A stretch of 64,000 nucleotides of DNA from an uncultured bacterium (GCA_903824855.1 CAIJYI010000041.1:27159-91158); one strand, 5' to 3'. Numbered from the stretch's first letter, positions 38,065 through 48,417 are shown. Program-made: numbers and translations. The notes: generated by a model not told the origin, from the letters alone.

Positions 38065-38832
38065 ATGAAAAACAAACCAATTATTCTTGTCCCGGCGTTT
38101 AATGGACCATCCGTAAGAGGAGGTAATCTTGATTCCGCATATGTTGATGTTACCTATCTTAACGCACTGACATTTGCCGGAGGAATTCCTCTTATCATAT
38201 CTCCCGACACATCTTCCTCTGATATTGCTCGTCTTTGTTCTCTTGGTGACGGACTTTTGATTCCCGGGGGCGTAGACATTGATCCTTTAAGATACGGTGA
38301 AGAAAAAGACGAAACTATTGAAAATATAAATTTAGAGAGAGATGAACTTGAATTTGCTCTGGTGAAATGTTTTCTTGAAATGAAAAAACCGGTCATGGGT
38401 ATTTGCAGAGGAATGCAAGTTTTAAATGTTTCTCTTTCGGGAAATCTTCATCGTGATATAAAAAAGGAAATTGAACATCCTTTAGCTCATGAATGGGATA
38501 AAACTTCACCCATTAGTGAACGGTATCATTTCCTGGCGCATTCAGTTGCTATTGACCCGGAATCCGCTCTTTCCGAATATATTCCCTCAAAAGAAGTTTC
38601 AGTGAACAGTCTCCATCATCAGGCGGTGAAAGTGCTCGGGAAAAATCTTCGAATTGGCGCCAAATCGCCCGATGGCGTTATTGAAGAGATTGAATCATCT
38701 GATATGTCAGATAGGTGGCTTCTTGGTGTCCAGTGGCATCCTGAGGCGATTCTCGAAGCCCGTCCGGAAAACAAAATTATTTTTGAAAAATTTATTGAGG
38801 CGTCATTGATGAAGAGCGATAAAAATATGTAG
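38065..38832 (+). CDS. Class I glutamine amidotransferase-like hydrolase (peptidase C26 / gamma-glutamyl-GABA hydrolase family)
   Basis: The track start is 38008; an alternative Met is at 38065. Catalytic Cys is in GICRGMQVLNV. His is in WLLGVQWHPE. Confidence 0.7.
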   Translation: MKNKPIILVPAFNGPSVRGGNLDSAYVDVTYLNALTFAGGIPLIISPDTSSSDIARLCSLGDGLLIPGGVDIDPLRYGEEKDETIENINLERDELEFALVKCFLEMKKPVMGICRGMQVLNVSLSGNLHRDIKKEIEHPLAHEWDKTSPISERYHFLAHSVAIDPESALSEYIPSKEVSVNSLHHQAVKVLGKNLRIGAKSPDGVIEEIESSDMSDRWLLGVQWHPEAILEARPENKIIFEKFIEASLMKSDKNM

Positions 38833-39117
38833 AGTTTTAATTACCCTGTATATGTATATATACGGTACTATTTCAGGTATTGATATATTTTTGAAATTTG
38901 CTATACTGAACTTTCATTTTTTAGCGGTTTAATTTTTTCGGAAAAAATATGACAAACAGAAAACATTTTCTCCTTATCGGAGTAACGTATCTTGCTCTCC
39001 TGATATTATTTTCAGTCACACAAACAAATGCAAATCCTTCAACGAGAAAGATTGGTCATTATCAAAATTCATCAGTGACGGAATAGCAGTTGAAATAGTC
39101 TAAAAACACTTCAAGAA

Positions 39118-39774
39118 TTATATTTTCTTGAAGTGTTTTTTTGTATCGAAATATTTTTCAAATAAAATGATTCCAAGGGAAAGAGTGAAGAAACCAAGGG
39201 CATATCCTCCGAAGATATCACTGGCGTAATGAACACCGAGATACATTCGAGAGAACCCGATGATTATCATGAAGAAAATCCAACCGAGGAGAATAGTGGC
39301 GCGGGTTTTTTCGTCGGTATAACTTTGGGCGAGAATATAAGCAAGGACTCCGTAAAATACAACCGAAATATTTGTATGACCGCTCGGAAAAGAAAATGAT
39401 GTTTCGGTATAAACAGAGAGAAGAGAGGAAGGACGTAATCGTCCGATGATTTCTTTTAATGCGAAAACTAAAGCGGAGCTTCCGGCGACCGTTCCAATAA
39501 GAAGCAATATTTCCTCGCTTTTGTTCTTAATAAGAAGAATTATTCCAAAACAAAACATTGCAATGAAGACAAAAGCGGCGCTTCCGAGATAGGTAATTAT
39601 AAGAAACAAGTCATTGCCGATTGGTGTTCGCAAACCTTCGAGAAAAAGGAGAATATTTCTATCTATCGATTCTGTCATTCCCATTCCTATCATGAGGGTG
39701 AGTATCGCCAAAAAAACGCCGGTCGTGTAGACGACAGACCACAATTTTTTGGTGGAAATTTCAAACGAAATCAT
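39118..39774 (-). CDS. PAP2-family lipid phosphatase (undecaprenyl-diphosphate / phosphatidate phosphatase-like)
   Basis: 218 aa. PAP2 motifs KEIIGRLRP, PSGHT and SRMYLGVHYASD. About 6 TM helices. Confidence 0.75.
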   Translation of the reverse strand: MISFEISTKKLWSVVYTTGVFLAILTLMIGMGMTESIDRNILLFLEGLRTPIGNDLFLIITYLGSAAFVFIAMFCFGIILLIKNKSEEILLLIGTVAGSSALVFALKEIIGRLRPSSLLSVYTETSFSFPSGHTNISVVFYGVLAYILAQSYTDEKTRATILLGWIFFMIIIGFSRMYLGVHYASDIFGGYALGFFTLSLGIILFEKYFDTKKHFKKI

Positions 39775-39775
39775 T

Positions 39776-39849
39776 TGGTCGGGATGCCGGGAATCGAACC
39801 CGGTCTATACGAACCCGAATCGTATGTACTACCGGTATACTACATCCCG
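39776..39849 (-). tRNA. tRNA-Pro (anticodon CGG), CCA encoded
   Basis: The reverse complement folds as acceptor CGGGATG/CATCCCG, anticodon stem TACGA/TCGTA with loop TTCGGGT (giving CGG), and T-arm CCGGG-TTCGATT-CCCGG. Discriminator A followed by CCA. Confidence 0.8.
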
Positions 39850-39969
39850 ATGACTTTACTAAGCTCGGCACTGATAAATATAGCACATCACGGAAAAAAC
39901 TCAAAGTTTAAAGAAAAAAAATAAACAAAAAAATACCGGAAATAGTCCGGTATTTTTTGGATGAAGATA

Positions 39970-40836
39970 TTAGAGAAGAGCGGAATCAAGTCCGTTGTTT
40001 GATGGGGTTACCTTAAATAATAAATCCAGGTATTCCCAATATTTTGTATTTCCACCTAATTCATTGGCACATTCTGTCGCTTCCGCTTCTAGTCTTGCTT
40101 TCGGATGAATACTATCGAGAGGGAAGTATCGGTAGACCCAGGCGACTTTTCCGCTGGCGCCATATTCCTTCATGATATCTATCATTGTTTGATGGAACAT
40201 TTTACTGAATGGACATTCGGTATCGGAGTATTCAACTATTTTGATATCTGCGCTCGGGTTTCCCGTAATACGGTCGTTGCTTGTTATTTCAGGAATATCT
40301 ATCGATACAGCGCCTTTTGGATCTCCGGTGAGGACTGATTCTATAAGTTGTTTCAATGAGGCGATTGGTTGTGCTCCGTTGATGACATATTTTTTACCAT
40401 TTTTTGCAATAAGAATACTGAATGGTGTCCCCGTGATTCCGGCTTTTTCTCCGGCTGATGATACGACTAAAATTGGTGCGGTGTATTTTCCGCTCGCTAG
40501 ACAGGCGGCAAAATCTTTTTTATTGAGATTAACTTCCGCTGAAATGGAACCTTTTTTGAGTTGAGCTAGTGCGGCGTCACTTGGCGATGCAACTTTCGGA
40601 ATAGACGGCGTCCTTGAACCGGTCCAGAGAATAGAACCCGCAACAATTATTCCTGCGATAATAATGGCGATGGGAACAGTAATGGAAGGGCTTTCTTTTA
40701 TTTGTGTCTGTGCCATTATCGGTTCGAAATTCTGATTTTCACTGATTGGAGCAGGAGAGTTTTTTGGCTCGTCAATCGTATTTTTTGGTGTATGTTTTGG
40801 CTGATCGTGTCTATGGTGTTTGCTATTGTAATTCAT
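39970..40836 (-). CDS. Membrane-anchored DsbA-like thioredoxin-fold protein with a CxxS (CPFS) active site
   Basis: 288 aa. Pro-rich N-terminus and TM. DsbA/BdbD-like stretch is KIVEYSDTECPFSKMFHQ...FPLDSIHPKARLEAEATECA...KYWEYLDLLF. Confidence 0.6.
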   Translation of the reverse strand: MNYNSKHHRHDQPKHTPKNTIDEPKNSPAPISENQNFEPIMAQTQIKESPSITVPIAIIIAGIIVAGSILWTGSRTPSIPKVASPSDAALAQLKKGSISAEVNLNKKDFAACLASGKYTAPILVVSSAGEKAGITGTPFSILIAKNGKKYVINGAQPIASLKQLIESVLTGDPKGAVSIDIPEITSNDRITGNPSADIKIVEYSDTECPFSKMFHQTMIDIMKEYGASGKVAWVYRYFPLDSIHPKARLEAEATECANELGGNTKYWEYLDLLFKVTPSNNGLDSALL

Positions 40837-40996
40837 AAAAATATGTGTTTTCTATTAATACCTTGGTATAAGCTCCGTCTATTGTATCATATCAAAAATC
40901 TTCGCGCCAACGGGGCAAAAATTTCACCTTGATTATTCGTGAAATTACGAATATAATTCTTCAATACTTCAAAAATTAACAAATAGTAATTTTTTC

Positions 40997-42412
40997 ATGA
41001 ATATTCGAAAAACTAAAATCGTGGCGACTATCGGTCCGGCGTCGGAGAATCCTCGAGAACTTGCCGGTATGATTAACGCGGGTATGAACGTGGCTCGTCT
41101 CAATTTTTCCCACGGATCCCACGAAGAATACATTGAGATTATTTCTCACATTCGCTCACTGTCGGAAAAACTTCATATTCCTGTTGCGATACTCCAAGAT
41201 TTATCCGGTCCGAAAATTCGTATCGGTACTTTTGAGACTGAGACCGTCACCTTAAAAAAAGATGCTGAATTTATTCTCACGACTGAACCGTATGTCGGAA
41301 ACGACGGGCGTGTTTTTGTGAATTATAAGAATCTTCCGAAGGAAATAGAGGAAGGGTCTCATATCATGCTCGATGACGGAAAAATTAAATTGCGCGTATC
41401 ATCTGTAAAAGGAAATGATATTCACTGCACCGTATCCATGGGCGGAATTATTCGCGGTGGAAGAGGAGTGAATGTCCCCGGGACAAGGCTTTCTATCGGA
41501 TGCCTGAGTAAAAAAGATAAAGATGACTTAGCTTTGGGTATTAAAGAAAAGGTTGATTTCGTTGCTCTTTCTTTTGTTCAATGTGCAGATGATATTCGAA
41601 GTTTGAGAAAAATCCTGCACGAACATAAATCAAAAGCACTCGTTATTGCAAAAATCGAAACGAAAGAGGCGGTAAAAAATATTGATCAAATTATTGAAGT
41701 TTCAGACGGTATCATGATTGCGCGCGGGGACCTTGCCGTTGAAATACCTGCGGAAGAGGTTCCTCTTATACAAAAACTGATTATAAAAAAATCCATTGCT
41801 GCGGGGAAGCCCGTTATTACCGCGACTCAGATGCTGGATTCGATGATTCATTCTTCTGTTCCTACTCGTGCTGAAGTAAGTGACGTTTCAAATGCGATAT
41901 TGGATGGAACGGATGCTATTATGCTTTCGGGGGAAACCGCCATGGGAGATCATCCTGTTTTAACCATTGAAACCATGTCTCGAATCGCGACCAGCATCGA
42001 AGAAAGTGAGCTGTTTCAGGAAGAAGTCGGACGATTTGCGCGCGTAACGATGGGGGTTGCTGATTCTGTCAGTCTTGCGGTAACGACGACAGCGGCAAAC
42101 ATTGGTGCAAAAGCTATTATTGCTCTTTCTGAAACCGGCTTTACTCCTCGAATGATTTCAAGATATAAACCGAAACAGCTGATATTTGTTTTCACTCCTC
42201 ATATTGAGACACGCAATCACGCATTGCTTAGTTTTGGATGTGTTCCCGAGATAACCCAACATTTTAAAGAATTGTCCGAAGCTACCGAATATGCGAAACG
42301 ATTTTTATCACATCGCAAAAATTTGAAAGAAGGAGACAAGTTTGTATTGTGCGCAGGAATCCCGTTTGGAAAAGCCGGAAACACGAATCTTCTTATGGCC
42401 TACACCATTTAA
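40997..42412 (+). CDS. pyk: Pyruvate kinase
   Basis: 471 aa. MNIRKTKIVATIGPAS...NVARLNFSHGSHEEY...MIARGDLAVEIP... Confidence 0.9.
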   Translation: MNIRKTKIVATIGPASENPRELAGMINAGMNVARLNFSHGSHEEYIEIISHIRSLSEKLHIPVAILQDLSGPKIRIGTFETETVTLKKDAEFILTTEPYVGNDGRVFVNYKNLPKEIEEGSHIMLDDGKIKLRVSSVKGNDIHCTVSMGGIIRGGRGVNVPGTRLSIGCLSKKDKDDLALGIKEKVDFVALSFVQCADDIRSLRKILHEHKSKALVIAKIETKEAVKNIDQIIEVSDGIMIARGDLAVEIPAEEVPLIQKLIIKKSIAAGKPVITATQMLDSMIHSSVPTRAEVSDVSNAILDGTDAIMLSGETAMGDHPVLTIETMSRIATSIEESELFQEEVGRFARVTMGVADSVSLAVTTTAANIGAKAIIALSETGFTPRMISRYKPKQLIFVFTPHIETRNHALLSFGCVPEITQHFKELSEATEYAKRFLSHRKNLKEGDKFVLCAGIPFGKAGNTNLLMAYTI

Positions 42413-42427
42413 TATGGAGGAAAAAAT

Positions 42428-42658
42428 ATGTACGTAAAAGTAAAAGTCACTCCGGGATCAAAAAAGGAATTGTTTACAAAAATTTCAGATGATCATTTTG
42501 AAGCTTCTGTAAAAGAGAAAGCCGAGCGCAATATGGCGAATGACCGCGTAAGAGAATTGGTAGCTCTTCATTTCGGCATTCCAACAAAAAAAGCCAAACT
42601 CATTTCCGGTCATCATTCTCCATCAAAAATATTTTCCGTAGAAAAGGAAGGAGAGTAA
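42428..42658 (+). CDS. DUF167 / YggU-family small protein (UPF0235)
   Basis: 76 aa. YVKVKVTPGSKKELF...LISGHHSPSK pattern. Confidence 0.55.
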   Translation: MYVKVKVTPGSKKELFTKISDDHFEASVKEKAERNMANDRVRELVALHFGIPTKKAKLISGHHSPSKIFSVEKEGE

Positions 42659-42666
42659 AAAATAAA

Positions 42667-42702
42667 CCCCGATGAATTTGATTCATCGGGGTTGTTTTTG
42701 TT
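42667..42702. terminator. Bidirectional terminator (CCCCGATGAAT-TTG-ATTCATCGGGG) flanked by A-run and T-run
   Basis: Lies between convergent genes 42428-42658 (+) and xdhC (-). Confidence 0.75.
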
Positions 42703-43655
42703 TAAGAGCTATTTTTAATTTGAATGACTTCAGCTGCGATACTCACGGCAATTTCTTCAGCGGTTTTACTTTTTATGGAAAGACCGATAGGGGATTTTAC
42801 ACGAAAGAGTAATGCTTCCGAAACACCGTCTTTTCGAAGCTTTTCAAAGATTTCAGCAACTTTTGTCTTGCTCGCCATCATGCCGAGATACTTCAAATCT
42901 TTATGAAGAAGACCCCGGAGTACCGTTTCGTCATGGAGATGACTCGGCGTCATAATGAAAGCGTAAGAGTTTTCTCCTTCTTTAACCATATTCGGAAGTG
43001 TTTCAAATGGAGAAATAATCAGTTCGTTTATATTGGAATTTTCTGTTATCGTATTGATAAACGGACGTTCGTCAAGAACAATAACTCGAAAACCAAGCGA
43101 AGAAAGAATTGGAGAGAGAGCAAGGCAAACATGACCGCCACCAAAAATATAGGCTCTATTTCTTTGGTCAATCACTTCTTCGTATAGCCAGTCGTTCTCC
43201 TTCATATTCGCAAACGAATAATTTTCGTGGCGTTTTTCTGAAAGACATTGAATTCCGGATGATGAAATACAAAAAACTTTCGGTGTCGAATTTTCAAAGG
43301 CAGATAAGCATTCTTCTAATACCGAAAGTGATTTTTCATTAATCGGACATATAACAACGCTCTGACTTCCACCGCATATCATTCCGGAAGAGTTTTCTCC
43401 CGCGGAAATTTTGTGAATTCGATGAAAATATTTGGGTTCCGATATTTTTTGTGCAATAAATTTTCTCGCCTTATTTACCATATTTTTTTCAATGGTACCG
43501 CCGCCGATGGTTCCCAAAAGAGAATCTTCTGTTACTGCCATCGAAAAGCCTTCTCGCCCCGGAGCATGTCCCGAAGAACAAACGACCGTGATGAGTGCGC
43601 AAGTTTTTTCATTTTGTATTGCGTTAACAAGAAATTGCAGAATTTCTTTTTTCAT
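42702..43655 (-). CDS. xdhC: XdhC/CoxI-family xanthine dehydrogenase maturation factor
   Basis: 317 aa. N-terminal XdhC_CoxI domain (ALITVVCSSGHAPGREGFSMAV...GTIGGGTIE) plus a C-terminal Rossmann-like domain (AYIFGGGHV). Confidence 0.7.
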   Translation of the reverse strand: MKKEILQFLVNAIQNEKTCALITVVCSSGHAPGREGFSMAVTEDSLLGTIGGGTIEKNMVNKARKFIAQKISEPKYFHRIHKISAGENSSGMICGGSQSVVICPINEKSLSVLEECLSAFENSTPKVFCISSSGIQCLSEKRHENYSFANMKENDWLYEEVIDQRNRAYIFGGGHVCLALSPILSSLGFRVIVLDERPFINTITENSNINELIISPFETLPNMVKEGENSYAFIMTPSHLHDETVLRGLLHKDLKYLGMMASKTKVAEIFEKLRKDGVSEALLFRVKSPIGLSIKSKTAEEIAVSIAAEVIQIKNSS

Positions 43656-44179
43656 TTAAACCACACGGCAGAAAGGGCGAAATAGATGGCCATGAGACCG
43701 GAGTAAATACAATTTGCAAGAAAACGGTGTTTATACTCAAGTTTATTTTGAATGACGTAATTTCCAAGAATTGTAATCGGAATTTGGTAAATAAATGAGG
43801 TGAATCCGGTATTTAAAAGGCTCCAGGAAATCTCGTACCATTTCCCCGATATGATGGCGACAAGTGCAATATGGCGGGCAATCCAAAGAGGATTGAAATA
43901 AGCCATGGCAAGAAGCATGCGGAGTATTTTTGTTTTCCAATTTTGTACTCGGCCATTAGTTATTCGATCGATAAATAAAAACCAATTTGGTATTTCTATC
44001 GCATACAAAGTACTCCCTATTAATGCAATACCAAGCATTCTATAGACGGAAAAATTTCCGGTAAGAAATGCGGCGATACTATCACCGATTGCATAAATAA
44101 AAATTCCTGAAATTATATTTTCATAGGAATAATTTATTCGTTTCATCCATTTTGGAGTGGGTAAATTTTCAAGTTTCAT
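43652..44179 (-). CDS. Small polytopic membrane protein (hypothetical; possible substrate carrier for the purine module)
   Basis: 175 aa with about 5 TM helices. No motif recognised. Confidence 0.4.
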   Translation of the reverse strand: MKLENLPTPKWMKRINYSYENIISGIFIYAIGDSIAAFLTGNFSVYRMLGIALIGSTLYAIEIPNWFLFIDRITNGRVQNWKTKILRMLLAMAYFNPLWIARHIALVAIISGKWYEISWSLLNTGFTSFIYQIPITILGNYVIQNKLEYKHRFLANCIYSGLMAIYFALSAVWFK

Positions 44180-44251
44180 AAGTAAATCTCCAATGATTTT
44201 CCATTGAATATATTATAATGCATGTGTTAATGTGTCAAATATAAATTAGCT

Positions 44252-44722
44252 TTAATATTCGACTTTATCGTTCTTTTCGGTCCAATCAGTAAATGCTTTG
44301 GTCGCTTCCTCGTCTTTTAGATGTTCAAAAGGAATGGAACGGCTCATGTATTCTTTCGCAATTTCTTCGTAAATAAATTGGTCGTCGAAACCGATATTTT
44401 TCGCATCTTCTTTTGTGCTTGAATAGTAAACTCTATCCGGTCGTGCCCAATAGATTGCACCGAGACACATCGGGCAAGGTTCGCAGGATGTGTAAACCTC
44501 ACAGCCATCGAGTTGAAAAGTTCCAAGCGTTTCGCAAGCATTTCTGATAGCGACAACTTCGGCATGTGCGGTTGGGTCATTGGAGGTCGTGACGTGGTTA
44601 GCTCCCTCGGCGATAATTTTACCGTCTTTTACAATAACGGCTCCAAAAGGACCACCTGTTCCGTTTGCGATATTTTCTCGCGCGAGTGCTCCCGCTCTTT
44701 TCATAAATTCCTGTTTTTCCAT
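44252..44722 (-). CDS. guaD: CDA-fold guanine deaminase (GuaD/TadA-like zinc deaminase)
   Basis: 156 aa. Zinc ligands HAE and PCPMC. The GuaD-like stretch is GGPFGAVIVKDGKIIAEG...CEPCPMCLGAIYWARP...GFDDQFIYEEI. Adjacent to the xanthine dehydrogenase genes. Confidence 0.65.
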   Translation of the reverse strand: MEKQEFMKRAGALARENIANGTGGPFGAVIVKDGKIIAEGANHVTTSNDPTAHAEVVAIRNACETLGTFQLDGCEVYTSCEPCPMCLGAIYWARPDRVYYSSTKEDAKNIGFDDQFIYEEIAKEYMSRSIPFEHLKDEEATKAFTDWTEKNDKVEY

Positions 44723-44731
44723 AAAGTTGAA

Positions 44732-46990
44732 TTATTGATGATCATTAAAAAGTGATAATAATACTTTTTCCGGTGTAAGCGGGGTATCGAAGATGGTATT
44801 TATTTTTGGTCTGAAGGCTTTTATTGCATTTTGGAGTGCGAAGTATACGGCGAGTCCATACATGAACGGCGGTTCTCCGATAGCTTTTGAGTTAAGGGCG
44901 CCGGCGTTTGGCTCATCTGATTCAAGGAATTCAATGGAAATTTCTTTCGGAGAAAAATAGATGTCCGGTATTTTATATGAAGAAAGATCTTTTGTGAGAA
45001 GTTTACCTGTTTTTCCGTATACCAGTTCCTCCATGGTAAGCCAACCTATTCCTTGGAGTACGGCCCCTTCGATTTGTCCGCGGTCAATCACAGAATGAAT
45101 GCTTTGGCCTGCATCATGAATAATTTTCATTGACTCGACTTCATAGGTACCTCTCAAACAATCGAGATTTACTTCCGCTATGGCTGTGCCGAACGTGTGA
45201 TATGCAAAAGCGTCACCTTTTTCAATTTTTTTATCGAAAAATATTTTTGGCGTTGCGTAATGTGCGAGTGAAGATAATCCGATTCTTGAAAAGTAAACAT
45301 CATTCACAAGACTCGTCCAATTCCACTTTGTTTCTTTTCCGCCACAGAGAACTTTTTCATTTTTTATTTCAACCTGTTCGGGGGATGTCTCCAACTGGTC
45401 TGCAACAAACGCTTTGAGACGCGATAAAATATCTTCGCAAGCAATTCTCGTGGCGTTGCCGTTTAGGTCTGCTCCCGAGCTGGCTGCCGTGGGGCTCGTA
45501 TTTGCGTTTCTTGTAGTGTTGGTGCTTTCGCTTTTAATTCTTGAAATATCAATTGAAAATACGCGTGAGATTACCGTTCTTATTTTTGCATTAACGCCCT
45601 GACCCATTTCAATGGCTCCGGTGGTCACGCCGACGCTTCCGTCATTGTAAACATGAACAAGTGAAGATGCTTGATTGAGGAAGGTACTGGTAAATGAGAT
45701 TCCAAAACAAAGAGGCATAACGGCTACCCCTTTCTTTTTAGAAGGATGGCTTTCGTTCCACTTGTTTGCATTCTCCATTATGTCGGCAATGTCATATTTT
45801 TTATCTGCTTGTTCAAAACATTTTATTGCATTGTCGCTTAAGTTTTTCATTCCGTACGGAAATTCATCTCCTTTTTTTGAAAGATTCTTTTTTTGTAGAA
45901 CGACCGGATTAATACCAAGTTTTTCTGCCGCTTTCCAAATTGCAGACTCAAGCACGAGCATCGCCTGTGGGCCTCCAAAACCTCGATAGGCGGTATTTGG
46001 GACAAGGTTTGTTCGACAACACGCTGCGTAGGAACGGACGTTGGGAATGAAATAACTGCCGGTCGTGTGAAGAAGTGTTCTTTCTAATATTGCAGTTGAA
46101 AGATCGGCTGATGCTCCGGAGTTTTGGAAGAATTTCACATCGTATGCCAAAATCGTTCCATCTTTTTTAAGACCAATTTTGTAATCGGAAGAATAGGGAT
46201 GTCGTTTTCCTGTAATGCAAAGGTCTTCCTCTCTTTTGAGTACTATTTGAACCGGTTTCTTGAGAATCATTGCAGCAAGTGCCGCCATCGCCGCGTAAGG
46301 AGTCGCTTGATCTTCTTTTCCTCCGAATCCGCCTCCAAGACGAAGAACATCGACTTCAACTTGATGCATGGGAAGTCCTAAAATTCCTGCCGTCGTTTTT
46401 TGTACCGCCGTCGGGGATTGTGATGAAGAGTATACTTTTACTCCACCTCCTTCTTTTGGTGTGGCAAAAGCATTTTGTGTTTCAAGATAGAGATGTTCCT
46501 GTCCTCCGATTTCAACACTTCCCTCAACGATGCAATCGCAATTTTTCCACGCGCCTTCAATATCGCCAAGAGAAAAAGTTCTCGGGGGAGCAATAAAGCT
46601 TCCTTTTGCATGAGCTTCTCTCGGGGTAAAAATCGGAGGCAATTCCTCGTATACTACGCGGATTGAATTTGCCGCTTTCTTTGCGAGATCTCGCGATTCG
46701 GCGACAATTATGGCTATTGGTTGTCCGACATGATGGACTTCATTTTTTGCAAGTAGAGGTTCGTCCGCAATGATATTACCAATCTCATTATTTCCGGGAA
46801 TATCTTTTTCGGTAAAAATTCCTGCTACTCCCGGTATTTTTCGGGCATCATCAAAATTAATCGCGGATATTTTTGCATGCGCGGAAGTTGAGGTGAGAAT
46901 CGCAATATGCAACATCTCCATACCGGCAGCGCGATCTGCGGTAAATTCCGATTCGCCTTTTACGTGCAAAAGAACGTCGTAGTCTTTCAT
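44732..46990 (-). CDS. xdhB: Xanthine dehydrogenase molybdopterin-binding subunit
   Basis: 752 aa. Ald_Xan_dh_C and MoCo-binding motifs, including GGGFGGKE. Confidence 0.85.
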   Translation of the reverse strand: MKDYDVLLHVKGESEFTADRAAGMEMLHIAILTSTSAHAKISAINFDDARKIPGVAGIFTEKDIPGNNEIGNIIADEPLLAKNEVHHVGQPIAIIVAESRDLAKKAANSIRVVYEELPPIFTPREAHAKGSFIAPPRTFSLGDIEGAWKNCDCIVEGSVEIGGQEHLYLETQNAFATPKEGGGVKVYSSSQSPTAVQKTTAGILGLPMHQVEVDVLRLGGGFGGKEDQATPYAAMAALAAMILKKPVQIVLKREEDLCITGKRHPYSSDYKIGLKKDGTILAYDVKFFQNSGASADLSTAILERTLLHTTGSYFIPNVRSYAACCRTNLVPNTAYRGFGGPQAMLVLESAIWKAAEKLGINPVVLQKKNLSKKGDEFPYGMKNLSDNAIKCFEQADKKYDIADIMENANKWNESHPSKKKGVAVMPLCFGISFTSTFLNQASSLVHVYNDGSVGVTTGAIEMGQGVNAKIRTVISRVFSIDISRIKSESTNTTRNANTSPTAASSGADLNGNATRIACEDILSRLKAFVADQLETSPEQVEIKNEKVLCGGKETKWNWTSLVNDVYFSRIGLSSLAHYATPKIFFDKKIEKGDAFAYHTFGTAIAEVNLDCLRGTYEVESMKIIHDAGQSIHSVIDRGQIEGAVLQGIGWLTMEELVYGKTGKLLTKDLSSYKIPDIYFSPKEISIEFLESDEPNAGALNSKAIGEPPFMYGLAVYFALQNAIKAFRPKINTIFDTPLTPEKVLLSLFNDHQ

Positions 46991-48417
46991 AGAGATAAAA
47001 TATTTTGATTAATTGTTTTTGGTGATAATTCGATGAAATGTGAAAGAAGTAAGTTTCTGAGTAATAAGCGCTTATATTTCTCGGTACCGCGGACATCGCT
47101 TATTGGTGAAATTTCTTCGTTTGCGATTTTAAGCGCGTCTTTAATTATAGATTCTTCAATTTTCTTTCCCGTTAAATATTCGCATGTTTTAGAAAGATAC
47201 AAAGGTGTTGGTCCGACTCCGCCGGCAGAGATCCCGACTTTTTCAATGATGTGTTTTTTGACGGTTATGCAAATACCTGTGTTGACGCTTGCAATATCAA
47301 GATATTTTCTTTTAGAAACCTTTTCAAAATGCAAAAAAGTATTTTTATCGGGAACATTGATGATTATCCATTCTAGAATTTCGTTGTCTTTTTTGTCCAT
47401 TGTTTTGTATCCTTTGTAGAATTCGCGAAGAGGGATTTCCCGTTTGTTTATTCCGTCTGAAAAAGAAAGAATAGCATCCATTGCGAGAAAGAAAACCGTC
47501 ATGTCTCCTATGGGGGAAGCATTGATTATATTTCCGGCGACGGTTGCTCTATTTCGAATCGGAAGGGAAGCGATAAGTTGAAAAACGTTCTTCCCCTGCG
47601 GGTAGATTTTTTCCATAATCTTTGACGTGCGTAATTCTTCAAACGTGACGGCACCGCCAATATAACATTTGCCTTCATTGAGAAAAATTTCACGCAAATC
47701 TTTTCTTTCGGAAATAAAATAGATGTCTTGATTTTCAAGGATATCTCTTTTTTGAATCGCAATATCGGTTCCTCCGCCGGCAATTATTTTGTGTGATGAA
47801 AGAATGGGGATTCCTGCCGGTTGCATCCCTTTTATTTTTTTGTGGATTTCTTTGAAATAGGAGGGGAGTATGTTTTCATCAATAAGAAGCTTTACACGAG
47901 CGGCGCTTCCGGGTTTGGTTTTTTTGAAATCGGAGGAATTGAGTTTTTTGAGAATAGCGAATAGTGCGCGTTTAATGGAGACATATCCCGTACATCGGCA
48001 AATATTCCCGGAAACGGATTGAATGGCTTCTTCCTTATCCAAATCGGTGGTGGTCATGAGAAAACCCGTAAAAGCTATGATGAATCCGGGTGTGCAGAAA
48101 CCACACTGCGCGGCAAACTCAGTCGCGAACGTTTCTTGAATCAAACTTAAACGTTTTTGATTTAATCCCTCTATGGTAACAACGTGTTTACCGGAAAGTT
48201 CTCCTGTCGGCAAAAGACAAGAATTAATAGCTTTGTAACGCAGTGTCGATTCGCCGATATTTTCTCCTAGAAGTACCATACAGGCACCGCAATCACCCTC
48301 ACCACATCCTTCTTTTGAACCCTGCAGATGAAGATTTTCACGTATCGTCTTTAGTGTCGCTTTTCCGTCACGAAGGTTAAGCGAAATCTCCTTATCATTG
48401 ATAATAAATGAAGTCAT
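46987..48417 (-). CDS. xdhA: Xanthine dehydrogenase small subunit (2x [2Fe-2S] + FAD-binding)
   Basis: 476 aa. Ferredoxin-like CGEGDCGAC and CGFCTPG, then a CO-dehydrogenase-flavoprotein-like FAD domain. Confidence 0.85.
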   Translation of the reverse strand: MTSFIINDKEISLNLRDGKATLKTIRENLHLQGSKEGCGEGDCGACMVLLGENIGESTLRYKAINSCLLPTGELSGKHVVTIEGLNQKRLSLIQETFATEFAAQCGFCTPGFIIAFTGFLMTTTDLDKEEAIQSVSGNICRCTGYVSIKRALFAILKKLNSSDFKKTKPGSAARVKLLIDENILPSYFKEIHKKIKGMQPAGIPILSSHKIIAGGGTDIAIQKRDILENQDIYFISERKDLREIFLNEGKCYIGGAVTFEELRTSKIMEKIYPQGKNVFQLIASLPIRNRATVAGNIINASPIGDMTVFFLAMDAILSFSDGINKREIPLREFYKGYKTMDKKDNEILEWIIINVPDKNTFLHFEKVSKRKYLDIASVNTGICITVKKHIIEKVGISAGGVGPTPLYLSKTCEYLTGKKIEESIIKDALKIANEEISPISDVRGTEKYKRLLLRNLLLSHFIELSPKTINQNILSL

